Under the pieces are notes generated by a model. The model was given only the letters and a program-made list of their open reading frames with translations, was not told the origin of the DNA and ran no database searches. A program made the translations under genes and the position numbers. Of a stretch of DNA of 64,000 bases, positions 60,893 to 64,000 are shown piece after piece (position 1 is the first letter of the stretch; the number at the start of each line of letters is the position of its first letter). Source of the stretch: an uncultured bacterium (lineage in GTDB: Bacteria; Desulfobacterota_D; UBA1144; Nemesobacterales; UBA2774). Location: positions 1,600,001 through 1,664,000 of the forward strand of contig CAWGRW010000009.1 of NCBI GenBank assembly GCA_963825135.1, in the 5' to 3' direction.

Positions 60893-63367
60893 ATGAATGG
60901 TTTTTCCAATTATTGTTACTCACTTGTAGCGTCTTTCCTAATTATTATTTCGGCATTCATGTCTGTTCCAACCTCATTTCTTACGGCGCAGGAGATAACC
61001 GGCGAGCTGGGCTCTCCCAACGCCACCACCACTATCAGCGGAAAACAACTTCCGCCGCCCGATCCGAAATTCGGCGGGGTGATCAAGGAAAGGGCCTCGG
61101 AGTCAACACAGTGGTGGCCGCCTCGAATCGTGCCCCCCAAAGGCGCACCGAACATATTGCTCATCATGACGGACGACGACGGTTTCGGTGCGCCGAGCAC
61201 CTTCGGCGGCGTCATCCCGACCCCCGCATTGGATCGCATCGCGAAGAGCGGGCTGCGCTACACGAATTTTCACTCGACGTCGCTGTGCTCGCCGACGCGG
61301 GCGGCGATTATCACGGGACGCAACCATCACTCGGTTGGCTTCGGGGTGGTAGGTGAAATCGCGACCGGATTCCCGGGTTACGACTCAATAATCCCGATTG
61401 AAAAAGTCACCATCGGTACGATCCTGAAGGAGAACGGGTATGCGACCTCGTGGTTCGGCAAGGACCACAACACGCCCTCCTTCCAGGCAACCCAGGCCGG
61501 GCCCTTCGACCAGTGGCCGAACGGCATGGGCTTCGAGTACTTCTATGGGTTCGTCGGCGGCGACGCGAGCCAGTGGCAGCCGAACCTGTTCCGTAATACG
61601 ACGGCCATCTATCCGTTCCAAAGCAATCCCAGCTGGAACCTGGAGACTGCGATGGCCGACGAGGCGATCCAGTACATGAAACAGCTCAAGGAGATCGCGC
61701 CCGACAAGCCGTTTTTTGTCTATTACGTACCGGGCGGCACACACGCCCCGCATCATCCGACGTCGGAGTGGATCAAGAAGATCAGCGACATGCATCTCTT
61801 CGACGACGGTTGGAACAAATTACGCGAAACCATCTTTGCCAATCAGAAGCGGCTGGGCATCATGCCTCCGAACGCCCAACTGACCCCTTGGCCAAAGGAA
61901 CTGCCCCAGTGGGACTCGCTCAACTTGGAGCAAAAGAAGCTCTTCATCAAGCAGGCGGATGTCTATGGGGCATATCAGGCATACACCGATCATGAGATCG
62001 GCCGCGTCATCCAGGCAGTCGAAGACCTCGGCGAGCTCGATAACACGCTCATAATCTATATAAGCGGGGATAACGGTGCCAGCGCCGAAGGTATGCTCAA
62101 CGGCACACCGAACGAGTTCACCACTTTCAATGGCGTCGAAGTGCCGGTCAAGGACCAGTTCCTCTGGTACGAGTTCTGGGGATCGGACCGGACCTACCCG
62201 CACTTTGCGGCGCCTTGGGCGTGGGCGTTCGACACCCCGTTCAAGTGGGTGAAGCAGGTCGCGTCGCACTTCGGCGGAACGGCCCAGGGCGTGGCAATGT
62301 CGTGGCCTGGCCACATCAACGACGTCGGCGGCATCCGCCGCCAGTTCCACCACGTCATAGACATCGTTCCGACCATCTTGGAGGCGACCGGCATCCCGGC
62401 GCCCGAGACCGTAGACGGTATAGCGCAGAAGCCGATCGAAGGCGTGAGCATGGTCTACACCTGGGACAAGGCGAACGCCGACGCCTCGACCCGACACACG
62501 ACGCAATACTTCGAGATGCTCGGCAACCGCGCCATTTATCACGACGGCTGGGTAGCGTGCACGACCCCGGCAACGCTCCCGTGGGAACTGAGCACCAAGA
62601 CGCCGCCCGACGTGATCACCGGGTACAACTGGGAGCTTTACAACGTTATGGAGGACCCCACCGAGTCAAACGATCTGGCTGGTAAGATGCCGGAGAAGCT
62701 CAAGCAGATGCAGGACATCTTTTACGCCGAGGCGAAGAAGTATGACGTGCTGCCGCTCGACAACTCGTCGCTCTCGCGCTGGAACGCGCCTCGCCCGAAT
62801 CTCACGGCTGGACGAACGGTATTTACCTACTCGGGAGGACTGACCGGCGTTCCCATCAGCGGCGCTCCGAGCATCCTGGACAAGTCGTACACCATTACCG
62901 CCGAGGTCGAGATACCCGAAGGTGGCGCGGAAGGCATGATCGTCACCGAAGGCGGGCGCTTCGGCGGCTATGGACTTTTCCTGAGTAAGGGCGAGCTCGG
63001 AGTTGGTCGGGGCAAGGTGGTATTCCTCTACAACCTGCTCGACCTCAAGCGTACGACGTGGGAAGGGCCAGAGTTAGGTGCCGGCAAGCACACCATCGTC
63101 TTTGACTTCAAGTCCGATGGTCCAGGCTTGGGCAAGGGAGGGAAGGGCGTGCTCTCCGTGGACGGTCAAGAAGTGGCCAGGAATTCCGTGGAACACACCA
63201 CCCCGATCACGTTCCCGGAGGACGAAACCTTCGACATCGGCCAGGACACGCGCACCGGCGTCGCGATGCTGGAGTATCGCTACGATGTTCCGTTCAAGTT
63301 CACCGGCAAGATCGACAAGCTGACCGTCAAGCTTGAGCCACTGGCGCCAATGCGAAAAAGCAAGTGA
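60893..63367 (+). CDS. Arylsulfatase (Cys-type, long form, secreted)
   Basis: AAGGAG RBS before ATG 60893; PNILLIMTDD, LCSPTR, GGTHAPH, GDNG. Confidence 0.95.
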   Translation: MNGFSNYCYSLVASFLIIISAFMSVPTSFLTAQEITGELGSPNATTTISGKQLPPPDPKFGGVIKERASESTQWWPPRIVPPKGAPNILLIMTDDDGFGAPSTFGGVIPTPALDRIAKSGLRYTNFHSTSLCSPTRAAIITGRNHHSVGFGVVGEIATGFPGYDSIIPIEKVTIGTILKENGYATSWFGKDHNTPSFQATQAGPFDQWPNGMGFEYFYGFVGGDASQWQPNLFRNTTAIYPFQSNPSWNLETAMADEAIQYMKQLKEIAPDKPFFVYYVPGGTHAPHHPTSEWIKKISDMHLFDDGWNKLRETIFANQKRLGIMPPNAQLTPWPKELPQWDSLNLEQKKLFIKQADVYGAYQAYTDHEIGRVIQAVEDLGELDNTLIIYISGDNGASAEGMLNGTPNEFTTFNGVEVPVKDQFLWYEFWGSDRTYPHFAAPWAWAFDTPFKWVKQVASHFGGTAQGVAMSWPGHINDVGGIRRQFHHVIDIVPTILEATGIPAPETVDGIAQKPIEGVSMVYTWDKANADASTRHTTQYFEMLGNRAIYHDGWVACTTPATLPWELSTKTPPDVITGYNWELYNVMEDPTESNDLAGKMPEKLKQMQDIFYAEAKKYDVLPLDNSSLSRWNAPRPNLTAGRTVFTYSGGLTGVPISGAPSILDKSYTITAEVEIPEGGAEGMIVTEGGRFGGYGLFLSKGELGVGRGKVVFLYNLLDLKRTTWEGPELGAGKHTIVFDFKSDGPGLGKGGKGVLSVDGQEVARNSVEHTTPITFPEDETFDIGQDTRTGVAMLEYRYDVPFKFTGKIDKLTVKLEPLAPMRKSK

Positions 63368-63458
63368 ATTATGGCATGCACAATCAGCCGGAGCATGCAA
63401 ACTCATATATCTGCTCCGGCTTCAATGGGTTACTAAATTATTTTTAGGGAAGGTCAAT

Positions 63459-64000
63459 ATGTCGAGATTATTTATTTATAGCTCTGTAATTGTTATCTTG
63501 GCCGCAACTCTCATTTTATCGGTACTTGGAATTCATTCCGCAACCGTATCTGTCATGGCACAGGAGATAACAGGCGTGCCCGGCTCGCCCGACGCGACCC
63601 GGACGATCGACGGCAAGGAGCTTCCGGCTCCGCCGCTTCCGTTCGGCGGCGTTATCAGGGAGAACGCCTCACGGTCGAAACCCTGGTGGCCGCCCCGAAT
63701 CGTCCCGCCCAAGGGCGCACCGAACATATTGCTCATCATGACTGACGACGTCGGATTCGCCGCCCCGAGCACATTCGGGGGCGTGATACCTACCCCTGCT
63801 CTTGACCGCATTGCCAAGATGGGGCTCCGTTATACGAATTTTCACTCGACCTCCCTCTGTTCGCCTACACGGGCCGCATTGATCACCGGCCGAAACCATC
63901 ACTCTGTAGGCTTCGCAGTGGTCTCGGAGCAATCGACGGGTTTTCCCGGCTACGACAGCATTATCCCGGAAGACTCAGCAACCATTGGTGAAATATTGAA
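63459..64000 (+). CDS. Arylsulfatase, paralogue of 60893 (runs off the window)
   Basis: Signal peptide; AQEITGVPGSP, PNILLIMTDDVG, LCSPTRAALITGRNHH. Confidence 0.92.
   Translation, partial: MSRLFIYSSVIVILAATLILSVLGIHSATVSVMAQEITGVPGSPDATRTIDGKELPAPPLPFGGVIRENASRSKPWWPPRIVPPKGAPNILLIMTDDVGFAAPSTFGGVIPTPALDRIAKMGLRYTNFHSTSLCSPTRAALITGRNHHSVGFAVVSEQSTGFPGYDSIIPEDSATIGEIL

Overview
Bacterial chromosome segment with deltaproteobacteria-like gene order (taxonomy is inference only). Bases 1-44.3 kb are mostly core genes: carbonic anhydrase, htpG, a MoxR/VWA pair, purU, a PHA storage cluster (crotonase, phaB, class III phaC, two short PhaE-like paralogues, a phasin-like gene), prfA, zapB-zapA-5-FTHF cyclo-ligase-rny, ppdK, glyQS, purM, surE, tRNA-Pro, trmFO, pilB-pilT-pilC-pilS-pilR, miaB, an MFS transporter and a sigma54-driven porin. 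From tRNA-Phe (44394-44466) to the window end lies an accessory region. The 3' half of tRNA-Phe recurs three times (48725, 51671, 54014). Each copy is preceded by a related ~150-bp arm with fixed-position direct repeats and an IHF-like box. These junctions divide the region into at least four co-oriented modules, each carrying sulfatase genes, and no integrase is visible. This looks like a tRNA-anchored cassette array of sulfatase genes mobilised in trans. It also holds three sulfatase relics, two decayed genes and a putative AraC-activated promoter shared between modules. Several single-base frameshifts in core genes, including the essential glyS, suggest assembly indel errors.
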